Shown here one piece after another: positions 55,972-64,000 of a stretch of DNA of 64,000 nucleotides. Both the position numbers and the translations under genes were made by a program. Position 1 is the first letter of the stretch; the number at the start of each line of letters is the position of its first letter. The notes beneath the pieces are model-generated. The model worked only from the letters and a program-made list of their open reading frames with translations, was not told where the DNA came from and did no database searches. Source of the DNA: Parcubacteria group bacterium. GTDB lineage: Bacteria; Patescibacteriota; Microgenomatia; UBA1400; PJMF01. Location of the stretch: NCBI GenBank assembly GCA_943350175.1, contig CALQZX010000001.1, forward strand, positions 97,702-161,701. Reading direction: 5' to 3'.

Positions 55972-57396
55972 ATGTCACTCGGAAGCAAAGTCAAAACAAT
56001 TCAAAACATTATGCGTCAGGATACTGGTGTTGATGGTGACGCTCAGCGTATTTCCCAACTTGGTTGGCTAATATTTCTCAAAATCTTTGATGACCGAGAA
56101 AAAGAGCTGAGTACCATGAACCTCGGCTATGTTTCTGCCGTGCCTGAGGGCTTGAAGTGGCGAGATTGGGCGGCAAATCCAGAAGGCATGACTGGTGATG
56201 AGCTACTCAATTTCATCAACAATCAGCTATTCCCAAAACTCAAGAACCTAGAGGTCAGAGAAAATGACAAAAGGACCCTGATTTTACAAGCAGTGTTCTC
56301 TGATTCTTTCAATTACATGAAATCAGGCACTCTGCTGAGACAGATCATCAATGAACTCAATGATATTGATTTCAAGTCATCCAAAGATCGTCACATGTTC
56401 AATGATGTTTATGAACAAATTCTAAAAGACTTGCAAAGTGCTGGCAATGCCGGTGAGTTTTATACACCCAGACCAGTAACTCAATTTATTGTGGAGATGA
56501 TAAATCCACAGCTTGGTGAAAAAGTTTTTGATCCAGCTTGTGGTACTGGTGGATTCTTGACCTCAGTAATTGACCACCTGAGAAAAGATCAGATCAAAAC
56601 TGCTGAAGATGAAAAGATCTTAGCTGAGAGTCTGTATGGCATTGAGAAAAAGCCCCTCCCTCACTTGCTTTGCACAACTAACTTGATTTTACATGGGATT
56701 GATGACACTTCTAACATTATCAGGGGTAATTCACTAACTAGACCACTTAGAGATTACACAGAGTTAGATCGCATGAATGTAGTAGTAACCAACCCACCAT
56801 TTGGTGGTGTTGAGGAAGATGGTATTGAACTCAACTTCCCTAAGAAATTCCAGACTAAAGAAACGGCTGATCTTTTCTTGGTCCTAATTATTCATTTGCT
56901 AAAGAATGGTGGTCGAGCTGGCCTAGTTCTTCCTGACGGAACACTCTTTGGTGAGGGCGTAAAAACCGCCATCAAGGAGAAACTGCTTGAAGAATGTAAT
57001 CTGCACACTATTATCCGTCTGCCTGAAGGCGTTTTCTCACCTTACACAGGTATCAGAACAAATCTCTTGTTTTTTACCAAAGGTGAGCCAACTAGTGAAG
57101 TGTGGTTTTATGAACATAAGTATCCAGAAGGATATAAATCCTATTCAAAAACCAAACCAATGTCACTCAAGGAGTTTGATGCTGAAAGAGAATGGTGGAA
57201 TGATCGCTTGGAGGGTGAAAATAGCTGGAAAGTCAGTATTGATGAGCTGCGGGCAAGAGATTTCAATTTAGATATCAAGAATCCAAGTAAATCAATGCGG
57301 CATAGCTCAAAGAATCTAGAGGACATATTGTCTCAATTTGAGGAGAATCTTGACGAGATTCACAGTATTTTTGACTCATTAGTAAAGGAACTATAG
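55972..57396 (+). CDS. hsdM: Type I restriction-modification system DNA methyltransferase subunit
   Basis: 474 aa. N6-adenine MTase motifs DPACGTGGFL (motif I) and NPPFG (motif IV). Confidence 0.9.
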   Translation: MSLGSKVKTIQNIMRQDTGVDGDAQRISQLGWLIFLKIFDDREKELSTMNLGYVSAVPEGLKWRDWAANPEGMTGDELLNFINNQLFPKLKNLEVRENDKRTLILQAVFSDSFNYMKSGTLLRQIINELNDIDFKSSKDRHMFNDVYEQILKDLQSAGNAGEFYTPRPVTQFIVEMINPQLGEKVFDPACGTGGFLTSVIDHLRKDQIKTAEDEKILAESLYGIEKKPLPHLLCTTNLILHGIDDTSNIIRGNSLTRPLRDYTELDRMNVVVTNPPFGGVEEDGIELNFPKKFQTKETADLFLVLIIHLLKNGGRAGLVLPDGTLFGEGVKTAIKEKLLEECNLHTIIRLPEGVFSPYTGIRTNLLFFTKGEPTSEVWFYEHKYPEGYKSYSKTKPMSLKEFDAEREWWNDRLEGENSWKVSIDELRARDFNLDIKNPSKSMRHSSKNLEDILSQFEENLDEIHSIFDSLVKEL

Positions 57397-57398
57397 CT

Positions 57399-57947
57399 AT
57401 GAAATACAAATTAGGCGACTTCTTCAAACAGAGAAAAGGGTTCATTCAAATTGAAGATACTAAGGAGTATAAACGCTGCCGTTTGCAGGTTAGAGCTCGA
57501 GGTATTGTCTTGAGAGATATTGTCCCCGGATCAAAAATAAAAACAAAAAAGCAGCAGGTTTGTCTAGCTGGTGATTTTGTTGTGGCTGAGATCGATGCAA
57601 AAGTTGGAGGTTTTGGTTTTATCCCAAATGAACTTGATGGTTCTATTGTTAGCAGCCATTACTTTATTTTTGAAATAGATGAAAGCACCGTCTTAGCAGA
57701 ATATTTTGCTCTAATAATAAAATTAGAAGCTTTTCAAAGCAAATTTCGTGCAAGAGGTTCAACAAATTATGCAGCAATCAGGCCACATGACTTTTTGAAC
57801 ATTGATGTGGAAATTCCCAATCCAACAAAACAAACTGAAATAGTAAACAAGTACAAAAAAGCATCCAAACTAGAAGAAAAAATAAAAAACCAACTTGAGC
57901 TTCTTGATGAATTGAAAGAGAAAATTATCATCTATGAACAGGAATAG
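57399..57947 (+). CDS. hsdS: Type I R-M specificity subunit, half-size (single target-recognition domain)
   Basis: 182 aa, about half the usual HsdS length. One TRD followed by a conserved coiled-coil region (EIPNPTKQTEIVNKYKKASKLEEKIKNQLELLDELKEKII). Confidence 0.7.
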   Translation: MKYKLGDFFKQRKGFIQIEDTKEYKRCRLQVRARGIVLRDIVPGSKIKTKKQQVCLAGDFVVAEIDAKVGGFGFIPNELDGSIVSSHYFIFEIDESTVLAEYFALIIKLEAFQSKFRARGSTNYAAIRPHDFLNIDVEIPNPTKQTEIVNKYKKASKLEEKIKNQLELLDELKEKIIIYEQE

Positions 57948-59685
57948 GGTAAAAAAAATATTTATCAGAAATTTCAGAAGTATTGGTCCAGAAGGTATAT
58001 GGATTGATTTGAATCATATTGTTGTTCTGGTTGGTCAAAATAACAGCGGAAAAAGCTCAATTCTTCGTGCCTTGAAGGTTATTACAGAAGGTGAAGGATC
58101 ATCTAAACTCACAATTGAAGACTTCCACCAAAACAAATTGGATAATTGCCCTGAGGTAATTTTGGAAACTTATGTTTTTGATCCAGCACTTCCAGGTACA
58201 GAGTGGATTATCACCGAACCAACAGGTGAACAATTTGTTAGAGAACGATGGCTTTGGGCTCTTCCAGATGTCTCACCAGTGAGAGTTGGTTGGAATCAGT
58301 CAAAAAATGGTTGGGCTTCTGCAGATACTAAGGAAGAAAAGTACCCATGGGGACCAGACAATATCGCTATGGCTCGAAGACCAGAGCCTCACGAAGTAAA
58401 CCCATTTGATGATCCAGAAAAGCAAGCTAATGAGATTGTAAAAATTCTCAATGCCCTGGTAAAAAGCAAGATATCTGCTCTTATATCTGACGACCAACTA
58501 AAACAGGAAAGAAAATACCAACAAATTGTTGATGAATTGAAGGTTCTAAGAAAAAGCGTGGTTGATGATGCCAAAGTTGAAATCGAAGAAATTGAGACGA
58601 AGCTCAATGATCTTGTTTCATCAGTTTTTGCTGGAAATAAAATTGAATTTGATCCACAACCTGAAGAAAAAGTTGAGGATGCTGTTCAAGCTGCACTAAT
58701 CAACATGAATGCTCAGCTCAAAATGGGGCCAGAAGGTGGTTATAAAGGAACGATTGAAAAACAAGGAAGTGGAGCTCGAAGAACATTGCTGTGGATTGCA
58801 TTGAAATTGACAGTCGAATTAGGTGGCGGAAAGAAAAAATCGAGAGGCAAAAAAGCTGAAACGAGTGTTGTTGAAGATCGTCCTCATGTTCTTTTGTTGA
58901 ACGAGCCAGAGATTTGTTTGCATCCAAGTGCGGTTAGAGACGCAAGAGATACTTTATACAAACTACCAGAGACCGGTAATTGGCAAGTTATGGTCACATC
59001 TCATTCGCCAATATTTATTGATATATCAAAAGATAATACAACCATCGTTAGAGTAGAAAAAGATATTACTGGAAAAGTATCAAGTGAAACAGTATTTCGT
59101 CCTGACTCAGCTCAGCTGACAGACGAAGAAAAGCTTCAATTGAAGTTGCTAAATATTTTTGATCCATATTTTGCAGAATTCTTCTTCGCGAAGCACATTA
59201 TTGTTGTAGAGGGTGATACTGAATACTCAGCATTTCGCTACCTACTTCAAGAAAAAGGTAATAGCTCAGTTCATATTCTGAGAGCGAGAGGTAAGGCCCC
59301 AATTGCTACGATTATAAAAATTCTCAATCATTTCAAATCAAGTTATGCTGTTTTGCATGATAGTGACACTCCAAAGTTAGATTCAGGAAAGAAAAACCCA
59401 GCTTGGACCGTAAATCAGTCTATTTTAGATGTGTTCTCTTCAAGAGAGTCTGGAACAAAAGCTCGGCTAGTAGCTAGCGTTCCTGATTTTGAACGAGCAT
59501 GTTTTGGTAGACAAGTGGAAAACGACAAGCCATATGAAACCATTACTGAACTATCTAATAGTCCAACTATGAAAGCTAGAACTGAACAGCTGCTAGACGC
59601 ATTGATTCAATTTGATAAGCCTTTGCCTGTTGGATTTATTGAATGGGGAAATCTTTCTGATCTTGAAAAGCAAGCTACAAAATAA
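57934..59685 (+). CDS. OLD-family nuclease (N-terminal ABC ATPase + C-terminal TOPRIM)
   Basis: 583 aa. Walker A VLVGQNNSGKSS, signature-like QGSGARRTL, Walker B/D-loop HVLLLNEPE, H-loop MVTSHSP. C-terminal TOPRIM with IIVVEGDTEYSAF (Glu) and VLHDSDTPK (DxD). Confidence 0.75.
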   Translation: MNRNRVKKIFIRNFRSIGPEGIWIDLNHIVVLVGQNNSGKSSILRALKVITEGEGSSKLTIEDFHQNKLDNCPEVILETYVFDPALPGTEWIITEPTGEQFVRERWLWALPDVSPVRVGWNQSKNGWASADTKEEKYPWGPDNIAMARRPEPHEVNPFDDPEKQANEIVKILNALVKSKISALISDDQLKQERKYQQIVDELKVLRKSVVDDAKVEIEEIETKLNDLVSSVFAGNKIEFDPQPEEKVEDAVQAALINMNAQLKMGPEGGYKGTIEKQGSGARRTLLWIALKLTVELGGGKKKSRGKKAETSVVEDRPHVLLLNEPEICLHPSAVRDARDTLYKLPETGNWQVMVTSHSPIFIDISKDNTTIVRVEKDITGKVSSETVFRPDSAQLTDEEKLQLKLLNIFDPYFAEFFFAKHIIVVEGDTEYSAFRYLLQEKGNSSVHILRARGKAPIATIIKILNHFKSSYAVLHDSDTPKLDSGKKNPAWTVNQSILDVFSSRESGTKARLVASVPDFERACFGRQVENDKPYETITELSNSPTMKARTEQLLDALIQFDKPLPVGFIEWGNLSDLEKQATK

Positions 59686-59698
59686 TGAAAGGATTCAA

Positions 59699-59911
59699 AT
59701 GCAAAGAATACCAGTAAATTCATCAAATATCGCTGCGATAGGTTACGATCCAGACTCAAGTATTTTAGAGATTGAATTCAATGATGGAAGTATTTACCAA
59801 TATTTTGGGGTTCCTGAGTTGGTCCATCAAGAATTGATGGATGCTGGATCACATGGAAAGTATTTTGCCCAGAATATCAAAAATGATTATGAATATAAAA
59901 AGGTAAACTAA
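59699..59911 (+). CDS. KTSC domain-containing protein
   Basis: From MQRIPVNSSNIAAIGYDPDSSILEIEFNDGSIYQYFGVPELVHQELMDAGSHGKYFAQNIKNDYEY, matching the KTSC consensus. Good RBS (AAAGGA) 8 nt upstream. Confidence 0.6.
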   Translation: MQRIPVNSSNIAAIGYDPDSSILEIEFNDGSIYQYFGVPELVHQELMDAGSHGKYFAQNIKNDYEYKKVN

Positions 59912-59915
59912 TCTT

Positions 59916-60962
59916 ATGCCAAACATCATCTCTCTTGATCAAAAAACCAAAAGAACAAAAGTCAGTCAGTTTGAATTAGACAATGAAATTGTCTTCAATT
60001 ATTTCGATCGGTTATCCTCTGATCAGCGAGATGAGGCCTTTTTTCGGGCAATATACATTGGCGTTTTAGCATTGATGGAAGATAGATTATCTGCATTCTT
60101 GGCTAAAACTCAAAACGAACTGGGCACGCAGCTTGAAAGTCTCAAAATGATCTTTGAGATGAAGAAAGAAATCTTCTTCAAAACTGCTGTCAAAGGTATG
60201 ATTGCTGAAGACGACATTGCCAATTACTTGAATAGCTATTTTCTGGACAAGAAACTTCGTGACAAAGCAGAACTCACAGGAACCGAGGCTGGCGTAATTT
60301 CAGGCAATAAAACAGGTGATATTGTTTGTTCGGTGGATGGTGACGAGAAAAAACGAGTGGCCATTGAAATCAAGTTCGATAAGTCTATGAAGCTTGGTGA
60401 TATTAGTGACAAGGATATTTTTACTAAAAAACAAGATACTGCTTGGAGTCAGCTAATTGAGGCTTCTGCTAACAGAGGCACACAAGTCGCAATTATTGTT
60501 TTCGATAGGTCCTTAGTTGATGGGAGTATCCTCAAATTCACTGATTCCGTTGGTTTTATCTCTGGTGTTGGGTTTGTTGTGGTTGTTGATTCTCAAAAAG
60601 GTGATTATTCAAACTTAGTTGTTGCCTATAACTTGGCTAGAGACATAGTTCTTCATGCCAAGCAACTTGATTTGGATGATAAGGTGCTAACCATGCTTTG
60701 TAAACGAATGATCAGGGATATTGACATGCTGCTTGGTATTCGCCAGCTTGTGGTCCAAAACATCGAAACAAGCCAAGAAATAATGGCAAGAGTTCAAAAA
60801 TCATTACTACTAATGGAATTCAATCAAGAGTACCTAAGCAAATTCCTAAAGGATGGCAAGCTGTCTCAAACTGATTTACTGGCTTTTTACTCAGGTGAAG
60901 ATGTGAAAGCTAAGTACAGTGCGATTCAGCCTGAAATTGATTCCTTGCTCAGCAGTAACTAG
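59916..60962 (+). CDS. Hypothetical protein with predicted PD-(D/E)xK nuclease motif
   Basis: 348 aa. Central GDIVCSVDGDEKKRVAIEIKFDK has the D...(E)xK arrangement of restriction-endonuclease-like folds. Helical N- and C-terminal regions are unknown. Confidence 0.45.
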   Translation: MPNIISLDQKTKRTKVSQFELDNEIVFNYFDRLSSDQRDEAFFRAIYIGVLALMEDRLSAFLAKTQNELGTQLESLKMIFEMKKEIFFKTAVKGMIAEDDIANYLNSYFLDKKLRDKAELTGTEAGVISGNKTGDIVCSVDGDEKKRVAIEIKFDKSMKLGDISDKDIFTKKQDTAWSQLIEASANRGTQVAIIVFDRSLVDGSILKFTDSVGFISGVGFVVVVDSQKGDYSNLVVAYNLARDIVLHAKQLDLDDKVLTMLCKRMIRDIDMLLGIRQLVVQNIETSQEIMARVQKSLLLMEFNQEYLSKFLKDGKLSQTDLLAFYSGEDVKAKYSAIQPEIDSLLSSN

Positions 60963-61213
60963 CGAGCTTCCCAAGAGAAGCCGCATTTTTGACAGACATA
61001 TAGATTCTTAGGCTTTTTGACCCAAAGCACCCTGACAAAAAACAGTGCTGTCATAGCATTTCTACGAAAAGCATCACCTGTTGATTCTTTGACTATGCTG
61101 AGATCCTTACTACCGCATTTTGGGCATGGTGGATTCTTGTAGGTCAATGACCAGTGCAGATACCATTTGAAGAATTTTTTGATTTTTTCCATCATACATT
61201 TGTCCCTTTCCAA
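60959..61213 (-). CDS. Small zinc-ribbon protein
   Basis: 84 aa. CPKCG...(~34 aa)...CQKCG, a four-Cys zinc ribbon. Confidence 0.45.
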   Translation of the reverse strand: MERDKCMMEKIKKFFKWYLHWSLTYKNPPCPKCGSKDLSIVKESTGDAFRRNAMTALFFVRVLWVKKPKNLYVCQKCGFSWEAR

Positions 61214-61310
61214 ACTACTTTGTTGAGTAGTCTATTTAGTTTGAAACACGAGCAATATTATATCAAAACTCTACGAGTTGTGCGTTTACGATTTGTCACA
61301 AATCTTCAGA

Positions 61311-61562
61311 ATGGGATCTATGCTGTCAAAGCAAAGATTTACCATTATCTTAGGAAAGAACATTCGCCGAATTCGAGAAGAAAAAGGCATGACTCAGGAT
61401 GAGCTATCAGCTGAATGTGGTTTTTATCGGACCTATATCAATTTGGTAGAAACAGCTAAAAGGACACCTTCAAGCTTTTCACTATACAGAATTGCTAGAG
61501 GCCTGAAGATTTCTGTATCAGAGCTTTACCCAAAGACAGTGGGCTCTGACTTAGAAGATTAG
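61311..61562 (+). CDS. XRE-family HTH transcriptional regulator
   Basis: From MGSMLSKQRFTIILGKNIRRIREEKGMTQDELSAECGFYRTYINLVETAKRTPS. The ORF-track start at 61278 is upstream of the family N-terminus. Confidence 0.6.
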   Translation: MGSMLSKQRFTIILGKNIRRIREEKGMTQDELSAECGFYRTYINLVETAKRTPSSFSLYRIARGLKISVSELYPKTVGSDLED

Positions 61563-61588
61563 TTTTTTGATAACAATTATCTTTGATT

Positions 61589-61612
61589 GCCGGTATTCAT
61601 ACCGGTTTTTTG
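61589..61612 (+). terminator. Rho-independent terminator after the XRE gene
   Basis: gCCGGTAttcaTACCGGtttttt. Confidence 0.55.
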
Positions 61613-61619
61613 TTTTATT

Positions 61620-61772
61620 GGGTAAAGGGGTGGGTAAAAGTTGGGTAAAAGCTAGGGGAAATTGCCTTTACTGGACTTTTTATGATTGTAATTGCAGGTA
61701 AAGGCTGGGTAAAATTCGACTTTTAGGAATTTATTGTTCGGTGAAAGGTCGGTGAAAGATCGGGAAAAACGG
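61620..61772. repeat. Iteron-like direct-repeat array (GGGTAAAAG-type, 11-bp period) upstream of the Panacea-domain gene
   Basis: GGGTAAAGGGG|TGGGTAAAAGT|TGGGTAAAAGC|TAGGGGAAATT, then GGTAAAGGCTGGGTAAAATT, then GGTGAAAGGTCGGTGAAAGATCGGGAAAAACGG. At least 7 copies of a GGKDAAAR core. Confidence 0.55.
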
Positions 61773-61883
61773 ATATTTCCTATTTTTGAATTTATACAAT
61801 CAGACTCTAGTCACTTTCATGAGATACACTTTGATGTAGTAGAATACATCCACATTAGCCCAATAATGGTCTATATTGTATAT

Positions 61884-62387
61884 ATGACAACTTTATCTGT
61901 AAAAAACACCAGTAAAGTTTTTCAAATTGCCAACTACTTCATCAAGAAGGCTCAAGAGGAAAACAAAGAACTAACAAATAAAAAGTTGCAAAAACTTTTA
62001 TATTATTCTCAAGCTTGGTCGGTTACTTTGAGGGACAAATCAATCTTCGAAGACAATATCGAGGCTTGGGTTCATGGTCCAGCTATTCGCTCTGTTTATC
62101 ATCGATTCTCAGATTTTGGGAGAGAAAACCTTGCTTCAAAAGTTGATGTCACTAGTGCTCATTTCGATGAAATAACTACTGATGACAAAGAGTTGCTAAA
62201 TAAAATCTGGGAAATTTATGGAAAATATACAGCTAATGACTTAGAGGTCATTTCGCACTCCGAATCCCCTTGGCAGGATGCTAGAGAAGGCTTGGAGCCT
62301 TACGAAGCTTCTGCAAATATAATCACAATTGAATCCATGAAACAATATTATGGGCAAAGACAAAAAGAAGCGAAAAGCTCTTCGTAA
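61884..62387 (+). CDS. Panacea (DUF4065, SocA/PanA-like) domain protein, putative antitoxin
   Basis: Start at MTTLSVKNTSKVFQIANYFIKK. KLQKLLYYSQAWSVTL...EAWVHGPAIRSVYHRF matches the DUF4065 consensus closely. Confidence 0.7.
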   Translation: MTTLSVKNTSKVFQIANYFIKKAQEENKELTNKKLQKLLYYSQAWSVTLRDKSIFEDNIEAWVHGPAIRSVYHRFSDFGRENLASKVDVTSAHFDEITTDDKELLNKIWEIYGKYTANDLEVISHSESPWQDAREGLEPYEASANIITIESMKQYYGQRQKEAKSSS

Positions 62388-62862
62388 AGATAAAGCTCAA
62401 GAGTTTCATCAAATTCAAAATACTATTCACGAAGAGAATGTTGAGAGAAGCATTAGGTCTAAATATAAAATTCCTGGCAGTGTCGCTATTCCAACTATTG
62501 AAGAAGATCTATTACAAAAGATTGGCCAGTCTTCATTTTCTCTAATATTTCATTATTACAATCATAATATTTGTGCCCTTACTAAGGTAAACACTACCTC
62601 TCAAGCTGAACAAATTGTAAAAATACTAGACAACCTATCAAAATCCACGCCAAATAATGTGCATGATTTGATTAGGGATAGTATCCACAGAAAAAATGCT
62701 CAGGGAGACTATGCTCGTCTTTTTAGCAGTTTGCCGGAAGATACTGAGATTATTCATGAGTCAAGTTTTTGTGATGAAGGAAGAGTTTTCTTTTTCACCA
62801 TAAATGGCATAAAACAAAATTTTGCCTGCGTAGTCTCAATCAACCCACTGCATCTTTCATAA
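62350..62862 (+). CDS. Hypothetical protein overlapping the Panacea gene 3' end, candidate toxin partner
   Basis: 170 aa. Single Met start with 38-nt overlap onto the upstream gene. Basic N-terminus (MGKDKKKRKALRKDK). No recognisable motif. Confidence 0.4.
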   Translation: MGKDKKKRKALRKDKAQEFHQIQNTIHEENVERSIRSKYKIPGSVAIPTIEEDLLQKIGQSSFSLIFHYYNHNICALTKVNTTSQAEQIVKILDNLSKSTPNNVHDLIRDSIHRKNAQGDYARLFSSLPEDTEIIHESSFCDEGRVFFFTINGIKQNFACVVSINPLHLS

Positions 62863-62946
62863 CAATTTATTTTATTTTCAGACGGTCTATCCCCTCACAT
62901 CTGAGCACGAGCTGTGCTTCTTGATTGACAGATAGTTCTGGTCCGT

Positions 62947-64000
62947 TTACGCTATCCCACCAATTGGGACTGAAGAAGTCTCAAAGTGAGGTTTTAGCCC
63001 TAAATATGGGGCTAATTTAGTTGTTCCAGAAGTTAAATCTGCATAGGTCGGCATACTATCAAAAATGAGTCCAAAGAAGGCTGCTCGTTTGAGTGGATTA
63101 GCTTGATCTATCAGTAATTCCTCTATGTGTTCCAGAAAATATCCAATGTGCTCCATGACATTACTCATATTGACTGATTTCTCGTCACTCTTGCGTCTTA
63201 ATTTTTCCTGTTCCAGTTCCTGAACATCTGTCTCTGCTTTAACTAAATCTGTCTCAAGATATTTAATTGCCACTTCGGATGTCAGATACCTAATTTTGTC
63301 TGCTGTAGCCTGTGCAGTGGCCTTTAGCTCCCGTATTTTGGTATCTATGATAGATTCATCCTCTTGTTTACTTTCAACCCGCTCATGCCATAGAGTTATG
63401 ACATATTTTTTAAGATCGTCGATATATTGCTGATCAAAGTTAAGGTTTCGCACAAATGTCTCAACAGCCTCTTCGAGCTCTTTTGAAGGTACTCTAAAAT
63501 AGTGTCCGCGTTTATTGCAGTGGTAAGCAGGATAATAGGCGCCGCTATGTCCCCGCGAGGCACTGCCAAATAAAGGTTTGCTACAATGAGGGCACATGAT
63601 TACCCGCTTGTATGGGAACTTGGGATTATTAATTAGCTTCTTGGTCATCCATTCAGGTAATTTCTTTTTCCATAACTTTACCTCGCCATCATTCTCAGAA
63701 AGTGTGAGTTTACCTTTATTCGCCTTATTAAACACTTCAATTGAAATAAGTCCGTCAAACTTACCTTTTACCACATTCCCTTCCGTCCACTTTTCACTAT
63801 TTATCCCAGCATAAATCGGGTTTTGAATATATCGCCAAAACTGCTTTATTCTTAGTCCTTTTCCTCCCCGCTCTCCAAGAACCTTAGTTCTATCTTGTGG
63901 GTTTCTGATATATCTCTTACGCGTTTTGTAGCCCATCGCATTTATTTCATCAACGATTTCCTGATCTGACAAAGTGCCACGAGCACGTAGCTCAAACATT
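62947..64000 (-). CDS. Large serine recombinase, C-terminal ~350 aa (N-terminus beyond window end)
   Basis: Recombinase domain, zinc ribbon (CPHCSKPLFGSASRGHSGAYYPAYHCNKRGH) and coiled-coil, the same architecture as the 51145..53037 protein. The reading frame runs to the window edge. Confidence 0.75.
   Translation of the reverse strand, partial: MFELRARGTLSDQEIVDEINAMGYKTRKRYIRNPQDRTKVLGERGGKGLRIKQFWRYIQNPIYAGINSEKWTEGNVVKGKFDGLISIEVFNKANKGKLTLSENDGEVKLWKKKLPEWMTKKLINNPKFPYKRVIMCPHCSKPLFGSASRGHSGAYYPAYHCNKRGHYFRVPSKELEEAVETFVRNLNFDQQYIDDLKKYVITLWHERVESKQEDESIIDTKIRELKATAQATADKIRYLTSEVAIKYLETDLVKAETDVQELEQEKLRRKSDEKSVNMSNVMEHIGYFLEHIEELLIDQANPLKRAAFFGLIFDSMPTYADLTSGTTKLAPYLGLKPHFETSSVPIGGIA

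Noticed and set aside
59612-59698. N-terminal 29-aa extension of the KTSC ORF (start 59612)
   Set aside because: It overlaps the OLD gene's 3' end in another frame. The KTSC domain begins right at the internal Met at 59699, which has a good RBS, so the longer form was not used.

Overview
AT-rich bacterial chromosomal window of about 64 kb, with roughly 90% coding density, many short genes and many tRNA genes. The gene content is suggestive of a reduced-genome bacterium, possibly Patescibacteria/CPR-like: a bifunctional PGI/PMI, duplicated glycolytic enzymes, a membrane-anchored secreted nuclease and a CAP-domain protein. That lineage call is an inference and I cannot verify it here. The first ~51 kb is mostly housekeeping: proS (partial), prs, two divergent iPGM (gpmI) copies, two enolase paralogs, pgi/pmi, pmm/pgm, miaA-miaB, pyrG, rplS, lexA, a Fic protein, holA-like, znuABC-zur, epmA-efp, a MacAB-type ABC efflux set with a MarR regulator, and 12 tRNA genes including a five-gene Leu-Leu-Val-Phe-Gly array. 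A ~5.7 kb segment directly 3' of tRNA-Leu(TAG) is bounded by a 14-nt copy of the tRNA 3' end and carries an IS-type transposase remnant, marR, the efflux genes and an XRE regulator, so it is a candidate old integrated island. The last ~13 kb, directly abutting tRNA-Lys(TTT), is a mobile/defence island. It holds a large serine recombinase, a complete Type I R-M system (hsdR, hsdM, a half-size hsdS), an OLD-family ABC-ATPase/TOPRIM nuclease followed by a KTSC-domain protein and a predicted PD-(D/E)xK protein (candidate uncharacterised defence module), a zinc-ribbon protein, an XRE regulator, an 11-bp-periodic repeat array, a Panacea (DUF4065)-domain antitoxin with an overlapping unknown partner, and a second serine recombinase truncated by the window edge. 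There are also unusual small structured repeats next to tRNA genes: three tandem hairpin repeats upstream of tRNA-Leu(TAG), and a conserved CATAATGC-N19-GCATTATG hairpin element 3' of two minus-strand tRNAs, each with a nearby duplicate of a tRNA 3'-end fragment. No CRISPR array and no rRNA are present. All functional calls are by eye from motifs, with no database searches.
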